NCBI GenBank assembly: GCA_031362885.1
Contig: JANLTJ010000025.1
Coordinates: 19,021 to 83,020, forward strand
Reading direction: 5' to 3'
Source of the DNA: Betaproteobacteria bacterium
GTDB taxonomy: Bacteria; Pseudomonadota; Gammaproteobacteria; Burkholderiales; JACQAP01
DNA: 64,000 nt
Below, piece by piece: positions 1 through 10,539 of this stretch. The translations under genes and the position numbers were made by a program. Within the stretch, counting starts at the first letter, position 1; every line of letters begins with the position of its first letter. The notes beneath the pieces are model-generated. The model was given only the letters and a program-made list of their open reading frames with translations, did not search any database and was not told the origin of the DNA.

Positions 1-496
1 ATTCAGGCAGTCCGATCCTGCATCCCAATGATTCGCAAACCTGAATGTAGTACTCGCGTGTCTGCGGAACAGACATCATCATTTCGGTGCGAAAAGCATA
101 AGCGGCCTGGGCGACAAGGGCAATTGACAGCAACCCAATCAGAACCGCCCAACCGACAGTATGCCGTGGAGCTTCCGGCACTTTGAATTCCCATTCATAA
201 AGGTTGATCGCCGGATCCGGCCGCAGTGTGAGATCGGAGGAGTCATCCGGGACTGGAGGCGGCATCGCGCCCGCAACCGGAGCGCCGGACGATGGGGCCG
301 GTCGAGTTTCCATCGACTGAGCAGGCGCGCCCGATTGACGTGCAGGCGCAATCGGCCCCTGGGCGGTCAGTGTTGCGAAAGCGTCGAAAACCGTCTGACA
401 TTGGCCGCAGCGGACTTTTCCGACCGAGGCCTGCAACTGATCCGTGGAGACCCGAAAGGTGGTATCGCAGGCCGGACAACGGGTATACAAGTCCAT
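1..496 (-). CDS. zinc-ribbon / DUF3426-like membrane protein, partial (3' end beyond window)
   Basis: Own translation of the minus strand from ATG at 496-494: MDLYTRCPACDTTFRVSTDQLQASVGKVRCGQCQTVFDAF. This gives two CxxC pairs, a Pro/Ala-rich linker, then a hydrophobic helix WAVLIGLLSIALVAQAAYAF. There is no stop before position 1, so it is absent from the ORF track. It lies 10 nt downstream of prmA. Confidence 0.7.
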   Translation of the reverse strand, partial: MDLYTRCPACDTTFRVSTDQLQASVGKVRCGQCQTVFDAFATLTAQGPIAPARQSGAPAQSMETRPAPSSGAPVAGAMPPPVPDDSSDLTLRPDPAINLYEWEFKVPEAPRHTVGWAVLIGLLSIALVAQAAYAFRTEMMMSVPQTREYYIQVCESLGCRIGLPE

Positions 497-506
497 GCGA
501 TTAGCC

Positions 507-1379
507 TTAGCCCAGACGAGTTCCGCTCAGGCGCACCCAGCCCTCTTTGATGACCGGCGCATCCATCTCGAACCATTGCCGATAGGCGTCCACCACATCC
601 GCTGCCTGCGGCGGAAGAATGCCGGAAAGCACCAGCGTGCCGGCAGGGAGAGTAAGACCCGCCAGCAGGGGCGCGAGTGCTTTCAGTGGATTGGACAGTA
701 TGTTGGCCAAAACAACTTGGGCCGGGGCGGGCGGGGTGTCATCGACGTTGGAAAATACGACGCTCACATGGTTGCGTTGGGCATTGTAGCGGCTCGTAAC
801 AACGGCCTGGGCGTCGATGTCGACGCCGTGCACGCGCGCTGCGCCCAGCTTTGCCGCGGCGATGGCTAATATGCCCGAGCCGCAGCCGTAGTCGATGACG
901 CTGCACGCGGGCGGCAAGTGCCGATCCAGCCAGTCGAGACACAAGCGCGTCGTGGGATGACTGCCGGTGCCGAATGCCAGACCCGGGTCGAGCACGATAT
1001 TGATGGCGGCAGGGTCCGGACTTTCGTGCCAGCCTGGCACGATCCACATCCGGTGGGAAACGCGGATTGGCGTGAACTGGCTCTGGGTCAACCGAACCCA
1101 ATCCTGTTCCGCGACTTCGGTGATCTTGAACGCCGGTAACGCGGACAGACCGGCTGCCGTGCGCACCAACTCGAGGGCAGAAGACAGGTCGGTTTCCGGA
1201 TTGAACAGCGCCAAGACCAGATTCGAGGCAAAAGCCAAATCGAGATCCGCGCCAGGTTCGCCAAAAATCGGCGTTTCCCGATCGGTCCCGGCTTGCGCGT
1301 CGGCGACATCAACCGAAAGCGCGCCCGCCTCAAAGAACGCATCCGATACCGCAGATACATCCGCACCGGACACCCTCAT
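507..1379 (-). CDS. prmA: ribosomal protein L11 methyltransferase
   Basis: 290 aa. Motifs: WIVPGWH, LDPGLAFGTGSHPTT, and the SAM-binding VIDYGCGSGILAIAAAKLGA. Sits in the conserved position after accBC. Confidence 0.93.
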   Translation of the reverse strand: MRVSGADVSAVSDAFFEAGALSVDVADAQAGTDRETPIFGEPGADLDLAFASNLVLALFNPETDLSSALELVRTAAGLSALPAFKITEVAEQDWVRLTQSQFTPIRVSHRMWIVPGWHESPDPAAINIVLDPGLAFGTGSHPTTRLCLDWLDRHLPPACSVIDYGCGSGILAIAAAKLGAARVHGVDIDAQAVVTSRYNAQRNHVSVVFSNVDDTPPAPAQVVLANILSNPLKALAPLLAGLTLPAGTLVLSGILPPQAADVVDAYRQWFEMDAPVIKEGWVRLSGTRLG

Positions 1380-1424
1380 TTCAATTGCAACCCAGGCGAT
1401 GGGGCGCCTCCCCGGTGTTCGTGG

Positions 1425-2780
1425 TTACTCTGACTTTCCGTACTTGGCGAGCTTCTCTTCCAGGTAATGAATACTGGTAGCGCCGCGCATGAACGAGGTA
1501 TCGAGCATGAGTTCCTGATGCAGAGGCAGATTGGTTTGAATACCTTCCACGATCATCTCCGAGAGCGCGATGCGCATGCGCGCGATCGCTTGCTCCCGGG
1601 TCTCGCCGTAAGCGATTACTTTGGCTATCAGCGAGTCATAATAAGGCGGCACAAAGTAACCTTGGAAGACATGCGAGTCAACCCGGATGCCGGGGCCACC
1701 CGGAACATGCCAGGACGTGATGCGCCCTGGTGAAGGCGTGAACTTGAACGGATGTTCCGCGTTGATCCGGCATTCGATGGCATGGCCGCGAAAATTAATG
1801 TCCTTTTGCCGGAACGGCAGCTTTTCTCCGGCCGCGACCAGGATTTGGGTTTTCACGATATCAATCCCGGTGATCATTTCGGTGACCGGATGCTCGACCT
1901 GCACGCGCGTATTCATTTCAATGAAAAAGAACTCGCCTTTTTCATACAGGAATTCGAAAGTGCCCGCGCCGCGGTAGCCGATCTTGCGGCAGGCTTCGGC
2001 ACAGCGTTCGCCGATGCGCACGCGTTCTCTTGCGGGAATCAGCGGTGCCGGCGCTTCTTCGAGCACTTTCTGATGGCGGCGCTGCATCGAGCAGTCGCGA
2101 TCGCCAAGATAAACGGCATTGCGATGCTCGTCGGCCAGGATCTGGATCTCGACATGGCGCGGGGTTTCGAGAAACTTTTCCATATACACGGTGGGGTTGG
2201 CGAACGCAGTATTGGCTTCCTGGCGCGTCATGGCCACGGCATTAATCAACGCCGCCTCGGTATGAACCACGCGCATGCCGCGGCCGCCCCCGCCGCCCGC
2301 CGCTTTGATAATGACCGGGTAGCCGACCTTGCGTGCAATCCTGACAACCTCCTGCGGATCGTCCGGCAATGCACCTTCGCTGCCCGGCACCACGGGGACA
2401 CCGGCCTTGATCATGGTGTTTTTGGCGGAGACCTTGTCGCCCATGAGGCGGATGGTGTCGGGGCGCGGTCCAATAAATACAAATCCGCTTTTCTCGACGC
2501 GCTCGGCAAAATCCGCGTTTTCGGACAAAAAACCATAGCCGGGGTGAATGGCTTCGGCGTCGGTGACTTCGGCCGCACTGATAATCGCAGGAATATTGAG
2601 ATAGCTGTCAATCGAGGCGGCCGGGCCGATGCAAACCGATTCATCGGCAAGCCGAACGTACTTGGCTTCCGCGTCGGCGACCGAATGCACGGCAACGGTC
2701 TTGATTCCCATCTCGCGGCAGGCGCGCTGGACGCGGAGCGCTATTTCGCCGCGATTGGCTATGAGTATTTTTTCAAACAT
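1425..2780 (-). CDS. accC: acetyl-CoA carboxylase biotin carboxylase subunit
   Basis: 451 aa. [17 protein letters not shown] start, ATP-grasp [24 protein letters not shown]. Confidence 0.97.
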   Translation of the reverse strand: MFEKILIANRGEIALRVQRACREMGIKTVAVHSVADAEAKYVRLADESVCIGPAASIDSYLNIPAIISAAEVTDAEAIHPGYGFLSENADFAERVEKSGFVFIGPRPDTIRLMGDKVSAKNTMIKAGVPVVPGSEGALPDDPQEVVRIARKVGYPVIIKAAGGGGGRGMRVVHTEAALINAVAMTRQEANTAFANPTVYMEKFLETPRHVEIQILADEHRNAVYLGDRDCSMQRRHQKVLEEAPAPLIPARERVRIGERCAEACRKIGYRGAGTFEFLYEKGEFFFIEMNTRVQVEHPVTEMITGIDIVKTQILVAAGEKLPFRQKDINFRGHAIECRINAEHPFKFTPSPGRITSWHVPGGPGIRVDSHVFQGYFVPPYYDSLIAKVIAYGETREQAIARMRIALSEMIVEGIQTNLPLHQELMLDTSFMRGATSIHYLEEKLAKYGKSE

Positions 2781-2828
2781 GCAAGGATCTGTTGAATGGG
2801 CCCGGCCCTGATCGGGCGGGGCAGGCCG

Positions 2829-3284
2829 CTAGCCGATTATGAACAGGGGTTGACCGTATTCGACCGGCTGGCCGCTTTCGACCAGCACTTTTTTCACCAC
2901 ACCGCTCTGGTCGGCTTCAATCTCGTTGAGCAATTTCATCGCCTCGATAATGCAGAGCGTTTCGCCCGCGTTGATGTTCTGACCGATTTCAACAAAGGCT
3001 TTCGATCCCGGCGCCGAGGACCGGTAGAACGTTCCCACCATCGGCGACTTTACGATATGCCCCTCGGGCTCCGAGGGGGCCGGCGCTGCGGCGGGAGCAA
3101 GGATTGTGGCGACGGGGGCCGGCGCGGTTGGGGCCGGTTGCATCTGCATGTTGATCATGCCCGGATGGCCGGGACTGCCGACCCGGTTGATCCTAACTTT
3201 TTCCTCACCCTCCGTGATTTCCAGTTCGGCGATGCCGGATTCCTGCACCAGATCGATGAGTTTCTTGAGTTTTCTAAGGTCCAT
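2829..3284 (-). CDS. accB: acetyl-CoA carboxylase biotin carboxyl carrier protein
   Basis: Track ORF trimmed to the internal ATG at 3284 ([23 protein letters not shown]). Has a Pro/Ala linker and the biotinyl-lysine motif [12 protein letters not shown]. Confidence 0.93.
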   Translation of the reverse strand: MDLRKLKKLIDLVQESGIAELEITEGEEKVRINRVGSPGHPGMINMQMQPAPTAPAPVATILAPAAAPAPSEPEGHIVKSPMVGTFYRSSAPGSKAFVEIGQNINAGETLCIIEAMKLLNEIEADQSGVVKKVLVESGQPVEYGQPLFIIG

Positions 3285-3295
3285 TGGGCAACCCC

Positions 3296-3808
3296 CTATT
3301 TCTTGGCCGCAAGCTTTTTTGGCGATGGTTGGGCAATCGCAAAGGCTAGGGCAAAATCGTAGCCTTTGGAACCCAGTCCGCAAATCGTGCCCACCGCCAG
3401 GTCGCTAAAGTAGGAATGGCGCCGAAACGCCTCGCGGGAATGCACATTTGAGAGATGCACTTCGATAAACGGGATGCGAACGGCTGCCAACGCATCTCTC
3501 AGGGCTACGCTGGTATGGGTAAACGCCGCCGGATTGATGACGATGAAATCAACACCAGTCCGATGGGCATCGTGTATCCGTGCAATGAGTTCGGATTCGG
3601 AATTGCTTTGGAAACTGTCGAACCTGATACCAGCGCTGGCCGCGTGGGCCGCCAATCGCGTGTTGATGTCGCCCAAGGTCTCGCTTCCATAGATCTGCGG
3701 CTCACGTGTGCCGAGCAGATTCAGGTTCGGGCCATTCAATATCCATACTTCTTGGAGGCGGGAGGCGGCGGAATTGAGCCTCTTGTCACCCTTCAAAGTG
3801 GTTTTCAT
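3296..3808 (-). CDS. aroQ: type II 3-dehydroquinate dehydratase
   Basis: 170 aa. [49 protein letters not shown]. Confidence 0.95.
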   Translation of the reverse strand: MKTTLKGDKRLNSAASRLQEVWILNGPNLNLLGTREPQIYGSETLGDINTRLAAHAASAGIRFDSFQSNSESELIARIHDAHRTGVDFIVINPAAFTHTSVALRDALAAVRIPFIEVHLSNVHSREAFRRHSYFSDLAVGTICGLGSKGYDFALAFAIAQPSPKKLAAKK

Positions 3809-4094
3809 GTTGGCCAGTTTGCCGTAGTTCGAGGGTTTTTGTCCAGATTTTCACCAAATTGACTGAAGAAGCTCAGTCTGGGATACGTACTCAGGTGGCG
3901 CGGCTAGGGAATAAGCGGGTCCATTAGAGGCCGCTGCCGCAAATGATATTGAATAAATGGCAGTGAAGCATTGGTTATTGCGTTTTTCGTGGAAGTTGTC
4001 GCTTCTTGACAGCGTTCTTAGGCAACCACCCGGTACTCGAGGGTAACCTGGGCAAATGAGGGTCCGAGCACCCGATCCCGCTGTGCGCTAACTC

Positions 4095-6383
4095 TTATGG
4101 TGCGCCAGTCGCGTGCTCAAGAACGGTGAGAAATCGTTCCACCGACTGATATCCGATAACCCGCAAATCTTTGATTTCCCGACCTGTCCGATCAAAGAAA
4201 ACAATCCCCGGTGGTCCGAACAGGCCGAAGCGCTTCAGAAGCGCCGCATCTTGAGCCGTGTTGGCCGTCACGTCCGCCTGCAGCAACAGCATGGATCCCA
4301 TGCGTTTTTTCACTTCTTCGTGGCGAAACGTGAATCGCTCCATTTCCTTGCAGGACACGCACCAGTCCGCATAGAAATCAAGCATGACCGGCTTCGTGGT
4401 TGCAGCCAGAGCCTGATCCAGCTCCGAAACCGATGTTACCGGGATGAAAGGCGGATGCGGATCGCTGGCCTGCGCCCGCATGCCGAAACCGGACAGGGGC
4501 TGGAACAGATCGCGACCACCGGAAAGGCCGCCAATCAACAACGCAATGCCGACCAGCAGCGCGATGACGCCGATGCCTTTCCAGAGCTTGCGAAATCCCG
4601 ACGCCGCTATGGGTAAGGGATCGATCGCATGCAGATAGATTCCGGAGATGATCAGCAGGGCTGACCAGAGCAGCATCTGGGCAAGGACCGGAATCAGGGG
4701 AGAAATCATCCACACCGCCGCACCGAGCAACAGGACGCCAAAGAAATTCTTTACTCCCTGCATCCATGCGCCGGTCCTGGGCAGCAATGCTCCCGCAGAA
4801 GCTCCGATGACCATCAGCGGCACGCCCATCCCGAGAGCCATCGCGAACAGCGCCGCGCCGCCCAGTAGCACATCGCGCGACTGGCTGACATAAAGCAATG
4901 CGCCGGCAAGTGGCGCTGCCACGCATGGCCCCACGATGACCGCCGACAAAGCGCCCATCAGGAATACGCCGGCAAAGTTGCCACCACTGAGGCGGTTGCT
5001 GGTGGCGCTCGCGCGGGTCTGCCAGGATACCGGCAATTGCAATTCGTAGAATCCGAACATGGACAGCGACAGCAGCACAAATATTCCCGCGAATGAACCC
5101 AGCACCCAGGCGTTCTGCAAAGCGGCGGAGAGTAAGTTCCCGGACAATCCTGCGAGGACTCCCGCGATCGCGTAAGCGACCGCCATGCCAAGAACATAGG
5201 TTGCGGACAGCGCCAATCCGCGTTTCTTGGTCAGCTTTTTCCCCTGACCGGCGATCAACGCGGAGAGAATCGGAATCATCGGAAGTAAGCAGGGCGTAAA
5301 CGAGAGCAATAGCCCGAACCCGACAAAACTGACCATGATCAGCCAGAAGTTGCCAGCCTTCATCAGCCCAGCAATTCGTGCATCTTCCGCGTCGCCGGTA
5401 AGCGGCTGGGCCGCGTTATCCATTGTTAGCGGCAACGCGGCATTGGCAATCGACGTTCCGACGGAAACAGGCGCCGCAAGGGCCGCAAGGGAAATCGCAT
5501 GTTGCTGGGTGGCCGGCGGGTAGCACAACCCCTTCTCACTACAACCCTGAAAACCGACGGTCAATGTCAGGTCGGAGGCTGGCGCCGGGCCGCTCCTGCG
5601 CAGTTGGATGCGCACTTGCACCGGCGCATGAAATATCTCGGAAAGGCCGAAATTCGGATCCTGTTTCGATTCGCCGCGCGGCAATTGCACTTTCTCAATA
5701 ACCGCCTGATCCTGGGGGACCAGCGAAAACTTTATTTTGTCGCGATACAAATAATATCCGTCTGCGGGACTAAGGCGCACCAGCAGCGTACGCGCATCCA
5801 CCGCTTTGACATCGACAACAAAGGCCTTGTCCACCGGCAGAAATTCTTCTTCGTCCTCGGCCAGTGTGACAGCTCCTTGCAAGCGGGCAAGCAGGCCCGT
5901 AGACGTGCGAGTTGCCTTCGGAATCGCATTTGAAGAAGTCGCGGGGAGCAGTTGCGCGGTCTGAGTCAGCGGTATGTAGCAGACACCGACCTCGGCGCAA
6001 CCCTGGGAAACAACACTCAGCGAGACTCCCGCAGGAGGGATCGGCGCTTCGAGCGGCAAATCAATCAGCAACTCACCGCGATAGATCTCCGTCTTGCCGA
6101 AGAACTCGTCCTCGGTGATTTCCCCCGCGGGCAAACGCGGCGCGCCGATCTTGACCGCTGCCGGCAGGACCGAAAACTGGAAACGATCGCGATACAGGTA
6201 ATAACCCGGGGCAATCTGGTAGCGCACCCGGATGGTTTGCGCGCTGATCACTTGCGCGGAAAAACGGAACGCCACCTCGGGATCGAGAAGCTCTTCCTCC
6301 GCATTGACCAACGAGGCGGTGAGCGCAGCCAAAACGGCCAGCATCAGCGCGATAAATCGAACGGGAGAATACATTGTGGTCAT
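4095..6383 (-). CDS. dsbD: thiol:disulfide interchange protein DsbD with duplicated N-terminal alpha domain
   Basis: 762 aa. Signal peptide, then two paralogous nDsbD-like modules each with C-x5-C. A multi-pass membrane core follows (FTPCLLPMIP and VGPCVAAPL half-sites). C-terminal thioredoxin fold carries WCVSCK. Confidence 0.9.
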   Translation of the reverse strand: MTTMYSPVRFIALMLAVLAALTASLVNAEEELLDPEVAFRFSAQVISAQTIRVRYQIAPGYYLYRDRFQFSVLPAAVKIGAPRLPAGEITEDEFFGKTEIYRGELLIDLPLEAPIPPAGVSLSVVSQGCAEVGVCYIPLTQTAQLLPATSSNAIPKATRTSTGLLARLQGAVTLAEDEEEFLPVDKAFVVDVKAVDARTLLVRLSPADGYYLYRDKIKFSLVPQDQAVIEKVQLPRGESKQDPNFGLSEIFHAPVQVRIQLRRSGPAPASDLTLTVGFQGCSEKGLCYPPATQQHAISLAALAAPVSVGTSIANAALPLTMDNAAQPLTGDAEDARIAGLMKAGNFWLIMVSFVGFGLLLSFTPCLLPMIPILSALIAGQGKKLTKKRGLALSATYVLGMAVAYAIAGVLAGLSGNLLSAALQNAWVLGSFAGIFVLLSLSMFGFYELQLPVSWQTRASATSNRLSGGNFAGVFLMGALSAVIVGPCVAAPLAGALLYVSQSRDVLLGGAALFAMALGMGVPLMVIGASAGALLPRTGAWMQGVKNFFGVLLLGAAVWMISPLIPVLAQMLLWSALLIISGIYLHAIDPLPIAASGFRKLWKGIGVIALLVGIALLIGGLSGGRDLFQPLSGFGMRAQASDPHPPFIPVTSVSELDQALAATTKPVMLDFYADWCVSCKEMERFTFRHEEVKKRMGSMLLLQADVTANTAQDAALLKRFGLFGPPGIVFFDRTGREIKDLRVIGYQSVERFLTVLEHATGAP

Positions 6384-6404
6384 GAAATGAAAATTGGCCA
6401 GCTT

Positions 6405-6740
6405 TTATCTGGCGGCGGTTTCGGCTGCCACCCAATCCAGGTACGCGGGCAGTCCGGCCGACACAGGGACACTGATGATTTCGGGAAGTTCATAGGGATG
6501 ATGGGCAAGTATCTCCTGTTCGACGCGTGCATAAGCACTCCGAGTGGTCTTGATCAACATCGGTACCTCCGTGGATGATTCAATGCTGCCTTCCCAGCGA
6601 TATACGGACGTACACCCGGCAAGGATGTTCACACACGCGGCGAGTCGGCCCTCGATCAGCACGTCCGCCAGTCGTTTCGCCGCCGCTTCTGCGGGCAGAT
6701 TGGTCAATACAAGAATAATTTCGCGGTTGTCGATGGTCAC
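6405..6740 (-). CDS. cutA: divalent-cation tolerance protein CutA
   Basis: CutA core: LAACVNILAGCTSVYRWEGSIESSTEVPMLIKT...HPYELPEII. Start moved to GTG at 6740, which is preceded by GGAGA. The longer track ORF would overlap the upstream gene. Confidence 0.85.
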   Translation of the reverse strand: MTIDNREIILVLTNLPAEAAAKRLADVLIEGRLAACVNILAGCTSVYRWEGSIESSTEVPMLIKTTRSAYARVEQEILAHHPYELPEIISVPVSAGLPAYLDWVAAETAAR

Positions 6741-6784
6741 GCGAGTCTCCTCTGGTCGTGGGTTACCGGCGGAGCGCCCTTCGA

Positions 6785-7669
6785 TCAAGGCAGTTTGCTG
6801 GCTGCCCATGCTGCGGCAACACCCTGCCGTACGGATGGATAGCGCAATCGCACACGCAGTTCTTTCTTCAATCTCCCGTTGTAGAGCCGCCGCGATTCGC
6901 GCATGAATGACAACAGTGTTTCCGGCAGTTGCGCTTGCGCCGCTTCCCAGCTAACTCGTGGCGGACGAGGCAGGTTGAACTGTTCTGCCACCATATCGAA
7001 ATACTGTCCCATCTTCATTGAGCCATCGTCCGAAGCGTTATAGGCCCGTCCGCCGCGCCCGCGGGTCAGGGCCGCCCAAACCGACCTGGCCAGATCATCG
7101 GCATGTATGTGGTTGGTATAAGGATCGCGCTCCGTCACCAATGCGGGCGTGCCCGCCTTCAGACGCGCGATCGGAAGCCGTCCGGCGGAATAAATTCCCG
7201 GCACGCGAAGAATGCTGACCTGCACACCGCTCTCTGCACCCCAGCCGCGCAACAGTTGTTCCGCATTGAGCCGTCGCCTCGCACGCTCGCTCAGTGGCCT
7301 CGCGCGCCGCGTTTCGTCGATCTCTTCGCCGCCGCAATCGCCGTATACGCCGCTGGTACTGATGTACACCAGACGCTGTGGTAGACTCCCGCGCTTCGCG
7401 AGCGCCCGAATGAGGTTGGCCGTTCGCGTATCGCGGGCGCCCGAAGCTGGCGGGGGCGCAAGATGCACGACGTCGTTGGCCAGGCCGGCAATTCGATTCA
7501 AAGTGGCTGCGCGATCCAGGTCTCCGAACACCGGCATGATCCCCTGCGCACGCAGTGTCGGGAAACGGTCCTGCGAGTGGGTCAGTGCGTAGATACGCCC
7601 GCGGCCTTTCAGTATTTTGACCAGCCGCAAGCCGACGTCGCCGCAACCGATGATTAGCAATCGTCTCAT
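6785..7669 (-). CDS. NAD(P)-binding epimerase/dehydratase-family (extended SDR) protein
   Basis: 294 aa. N-terminal Rossmann motif LLIIGCGDVGLRL. Overall resemblance to SDR-family epimerases. Substrate unknown. Confidence 0.7.
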   Translation of the reverse strand: MRRLLIIGCGDVGLRLVKILKGRGRIYALTHSQDRFPTLRAQGIMPVFGDLDRAATLNRIAGLANDVVHLAPPPASGARDTRTANLIRALAKRGSLPQRLVYISTSGVYGDCGGEEIDETRRARPLSERARRRLNAEQLLRGWGAESGVQVSILRVPGIYSAGRLPIARLKAGTPALVTERDPYTNHIHADDLARSVWAALTRGRGGRAYNASDDGSMKMGQYFDMVAEQFNLPRPPRVSWEAAQAQLPETLLSFMRESRRLYNGRLKKELRVRLRYPSVRQGVAAAWAASKLP

Positions 7670-7719
7670 GGACGCATTTTAACCCGGAGCATGATCGACT
7701 CCGGCAGAGTATCGACCTT

Positions 7720-8754
7720 ATGTCATTTCAGGTAACCATCAAGCCAAGCAACCATGCCTTCCAATGCGGTGAAGGCGAGACGGTGCTCGCGGCCGCACTG
7801 CAAGCCGGTATTACTCTGCCCTACGGATGCCGCAACGGCGCCTGCGGTGCCTGCAAGGGCAAAGTTCTCGAGGGCCGCGTGGACTACGGTAATCCGCAGC
7901 CTTATGTATTGGCCGAATTTGAGAAGAAGCTGGGATCGGCATTGTTTTGCCAGGCCAAGCCCCTGTCCGACCTCGTCATTGAAGCGCGCGAAATACGCGG
8001 CGTTGGCCAACTCGATATCCGCAAGCTGCCCTGCCGCGTTCAGGAGATGCACCGGATGGCACCCGACGTCATGGTGCTGAAGCTGAAGTTGCCGGCCAAC
8101 GAACGGCTTCAGTTTCTCGCCGGCCAGTACATCGACATCCTGCTCAAAGACGGCAAGCGCAGGTCGTATTCCATGGCCAATCCGCCGCACGACGACGAGT
8201 ACGTCGAGTTGCACGTGCGCAGCATGGTCAACGGCGCTTTCACCGAAACCGTCTTCAACAAGATGAAGGAAAAGGACATCCTGCGCTTCGAAGGACCGCT
8301 GGGCACGTTCTTCCTGCGCGAGGACTCCGACAAACCCATGATTCTGGTCGCCAGCGGCACCGGATTCGCGCCCATCAAAAGCATCATCGAGCACGCGTTC
8401 CATATGGGGACCACCCGGCAAATGGTGCTTTATTGGGGTGGCCGTCGTCCGGCGGACTTGTATATGGCCGAACGGGTGGGGAAATGGCAGCAGGAACACG
8501 ACAATTTCAGTTTCATTCCGGTGGTTTCAGATGCGCTCACTGAAGACCACTGGCATGGACGCACCGGATTCGTTCACAGGGCCGTGATGGCGGACTTGCC
8601 CGATCTGTCGGGTTATCAGGTTTACACCTGTGGCGCGCCGATCGTGGTTGAATCCGCGCGTAAGGATTTCACCACCCATTGCCGGTTGCCGGAAGACGAG
8701 TTCTTCTCGGACGCCTTTACGCCTTCCGTAGATCCCAGGCCAGCGACGGCATAG
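7720..8754 (+). CDS. 2Fe-2S ferredoxin fused to FNR-type FAD/NAD(P) oxidoreductase (AscD-like)
   Basis: 344 aa. Plant-type 2Fe-2S motif CRNGACGACKG...C. Then RSYSMAN flavin-binding motif and GTGFAPI NAD-binding motif. Confidence 0.85.
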   Translation: MSFQVTIKPSNHAFQCGEGETVLAAALQAGITLPYGCRNGACGACKGKVLEGRVDYGNPQPYVLAEFEKKLGSALFCQAKPLSDLVIEAREIRGVGQLDIRKLPCRVQEMHRMAPDVMVLKLKLPANERLQFLAGQYIDILLKDGKRRSYSMANPPHDDEYVELHVRSMVNGAFTETVFNKMKEKDILRFEGPLGTFFLREDSDKPMILVASGTGFAPIKSIIEHAFHMGTTRQMVLYWGGRRPADLYMAERVGKWQQEHDNFSFIPVVSDALTEDHWHGRTGFVHRAVMADLPDLSGYQVYTCGAPIVVESARKDFTTHCRLPEDEFFSDAFTPSVDPRPATA

Positions 8755-8958
8755 CCAGCCTTTGGTTGGAAAGCTTCAGTAAAAGTTAGCGTTCAAGCAC
8801 GAACGCAGACACCAGACACGTCGTTTTGCCTCCGGTACTACGTCGGCCTCGTCCGAGTGGCTACGCTGTAGCCATACCTTGCCGGTCGAACTCTCCAGTT
8901 ATGAATTTTTCCTGGCGCGGTGCGCGGATTACATTGCCTGAAATGTTTTTAGGGCAGA

Positions 8959-10488
8959 ATGGTCGTGATGGAAACTTTTCCGACAATTGCCGCCGTTGAT
9001 CTCGGTTCCAATTCCTTCCGGCTTCAAGTTGGCCGCGTGGTCGATGACCAAATCTATCCCCTTGACTCCCTGCGCGATCCAGTCAGGCTTGCCGCGGGAC
9101 TCACTTCGGACAAGCAGCTCGACCAGGTTGCGCAGAGCCGCGCCATTGACTGCCTGAAGCGTTTCGGCGAACGCTTGCGCGGCATGCCGGCCGGGGCGGT
9201 GCGCGCGGTTGGCACCAACACTCTACGGGTGGCCAAGAACGCGCGGGAATTCCTGCCACGGTTCGAGGCGGCGCTCGGTTTCCCGATCGAGGTTGTCGCC
9301 GGGCGCGAAGAGGCGCGGCTGATCTATCTCGGCGTTTCTCACAGCCTGCCCGCCAGCGCGGAAAAGCGCCTGGTTGTGGATATCGGAGGCGGTTCGACGG
9401 AAATTATTGTCGGATCCGGCAACCAGCCCCACCGTCTGGAAAGTCTCTACATGGGTTGTGTGAGCTATAGCCTGCGCTTCTTCGCCGACGGGATCATAAC
9501 CAGGACCAACCTGCGGCAGGCGGAAACCGCGGCCCGCATTGAACTGGAAACCATCCGCAGGCAGTTCGCAGCCAGGTACTGGCAGCACGCCGTTGGGTCT
9601 TCAGGCACCGCACGAGCGATTGCCGACATCATTGAGGGTTGCGGCTGGAGCGTTTCCGGGATCACGCGCGAAGGCATGGAGCGATTGCGTCAGGCGTTGC
9701 TGAAGGCGGGCGACATGACTCGAATGGATCTGCCGGGATTAAAGGAAGACCGCGTCGCGGTGCTGCCCGGTGGTTTTGCCATCATGAGCGCGATTTTTTC
9801 GGAGCTTGAGATCGAGCACATGTCCCTCGCCGCCGGTGCCATGCGCCAGGGCATCCTTTGGGACATGATCGGACGGGCACACCGGCGCGACATGCGGGAA
9901 CTGACCGTGCGCCAGTTCATGAAACGCTATCACGTGGACGCCGCTCAGGCGCATCGGGTCGAACGCCTTGCGCTCCTGTTGTACGATCAACTGATCGCCG
10001 GCGCCACCGCCGATCACGCATACCCAAAGCAGGTGTTGTCGTGGGCCGCGCGTTTGCACGAGATCGGCCTCATGGTGGCGCATAGCGGATATCACAAGCA
10101 TTCGTCTTATTTCGTCGCTCACGCGGACATGCCCGGTTTTTCCAGGATGGAGCAAGGGCAGCTTTCGATGTTGGTACTGGCACACCGTGGCTCGCTCGGC
10201 AAGCTGCAGGGACTGTTCGGCACGGGCCACGACTGGTCCTTGCTGATCGCGCTGCGGCTGGCGGCTCTTTTTCATCGAAGCCGGTCGGAAGTTCGCCTGC
10301 CGACGATCCGGGCTGCGCGCAGGCAATCCACATTTACCGTGGAGGTGGATGAAAAATGGCTGGCGGCCAATCCGCTGACCGCCGCCGAACTGCGCGACGA
10401 AATCAGGGCTTGGAAGGGTCTCGGCATCCATCTTGAAGTTCCGCAACTGGCACAGATTGAAGCGGCGGATATCCCGGCGAACGAGTGA
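8959..10488 (+). CDS. ppx: exopolyphosphatase / guanosine pentaphosphatase family (Ppx/GppA)
   Basis: 509 aa. AAVDLGSNSFRL, DIGGGSTE, and a C-terminal HD-like region. Confidence 0.9.
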   Translation: MVVMETFPTIAAVDLGSNSFRLQVGRVVDDQIYPLDSLRDPVRLAAGLTSDKQLDQVAQSRAIDCLKRFGERLRGMPAGAVRAVGTNTLRVAKNAREFLPRFEAALGFPIEVVAGREEARLIYLGVSHSLPASAEKRLVVDIGGGSTEIIVGSGNQPHRLESLYMGCVSYSLRFFADGIITRTNLRQAETAARIELETIRRQFAARYWQHAVGSSGTARAIADIIEGCGWSVSGITREGMERLRQALLKAGDMTRMDLPGLKEDRVAVLPGGFAIMSAIFSELEIEHMSLAAGAMRQGILWDMIGRAHRRDMRELTVRQFMKRYHVDAAQAHRVERLALLLYDQLIAGATADHAYPKQVLSWAARLHEIGLMVAHSGYHKHSSYFVAHADMPGFSRMEQGQLSMLVLAHRGSLGKLQGLFGTGHDWSLLIALRLAALFHRSRSEVRLPTIRAARRQSTFTVEVDEKWLAANPLTAAELRDEIRAWKGLGIHLEVPQLAQIEAADIPANE

Positions 10489-10539
10489 AATCCATCTGGA
10501 TCGAACCGTCGATCAGTCGTCGTTGCCAGGGCCGGATAT

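Noticed and set aside
1752-2795. 347-aa plus-strand ORF inside accC. Similar long antisense ORFs occur at 22270-23898, 27252-28250, 29138-30565, 32781-34064, 54055-55140 and 57611-58603.
   Set aside because: Each lies fully antisense to a gene with unmistakable homology. Each has an Arg/Ala/Gly/His-rich composition typical of stop-poor antisense frames in GC-rich DNA, and none has a recognisable family.
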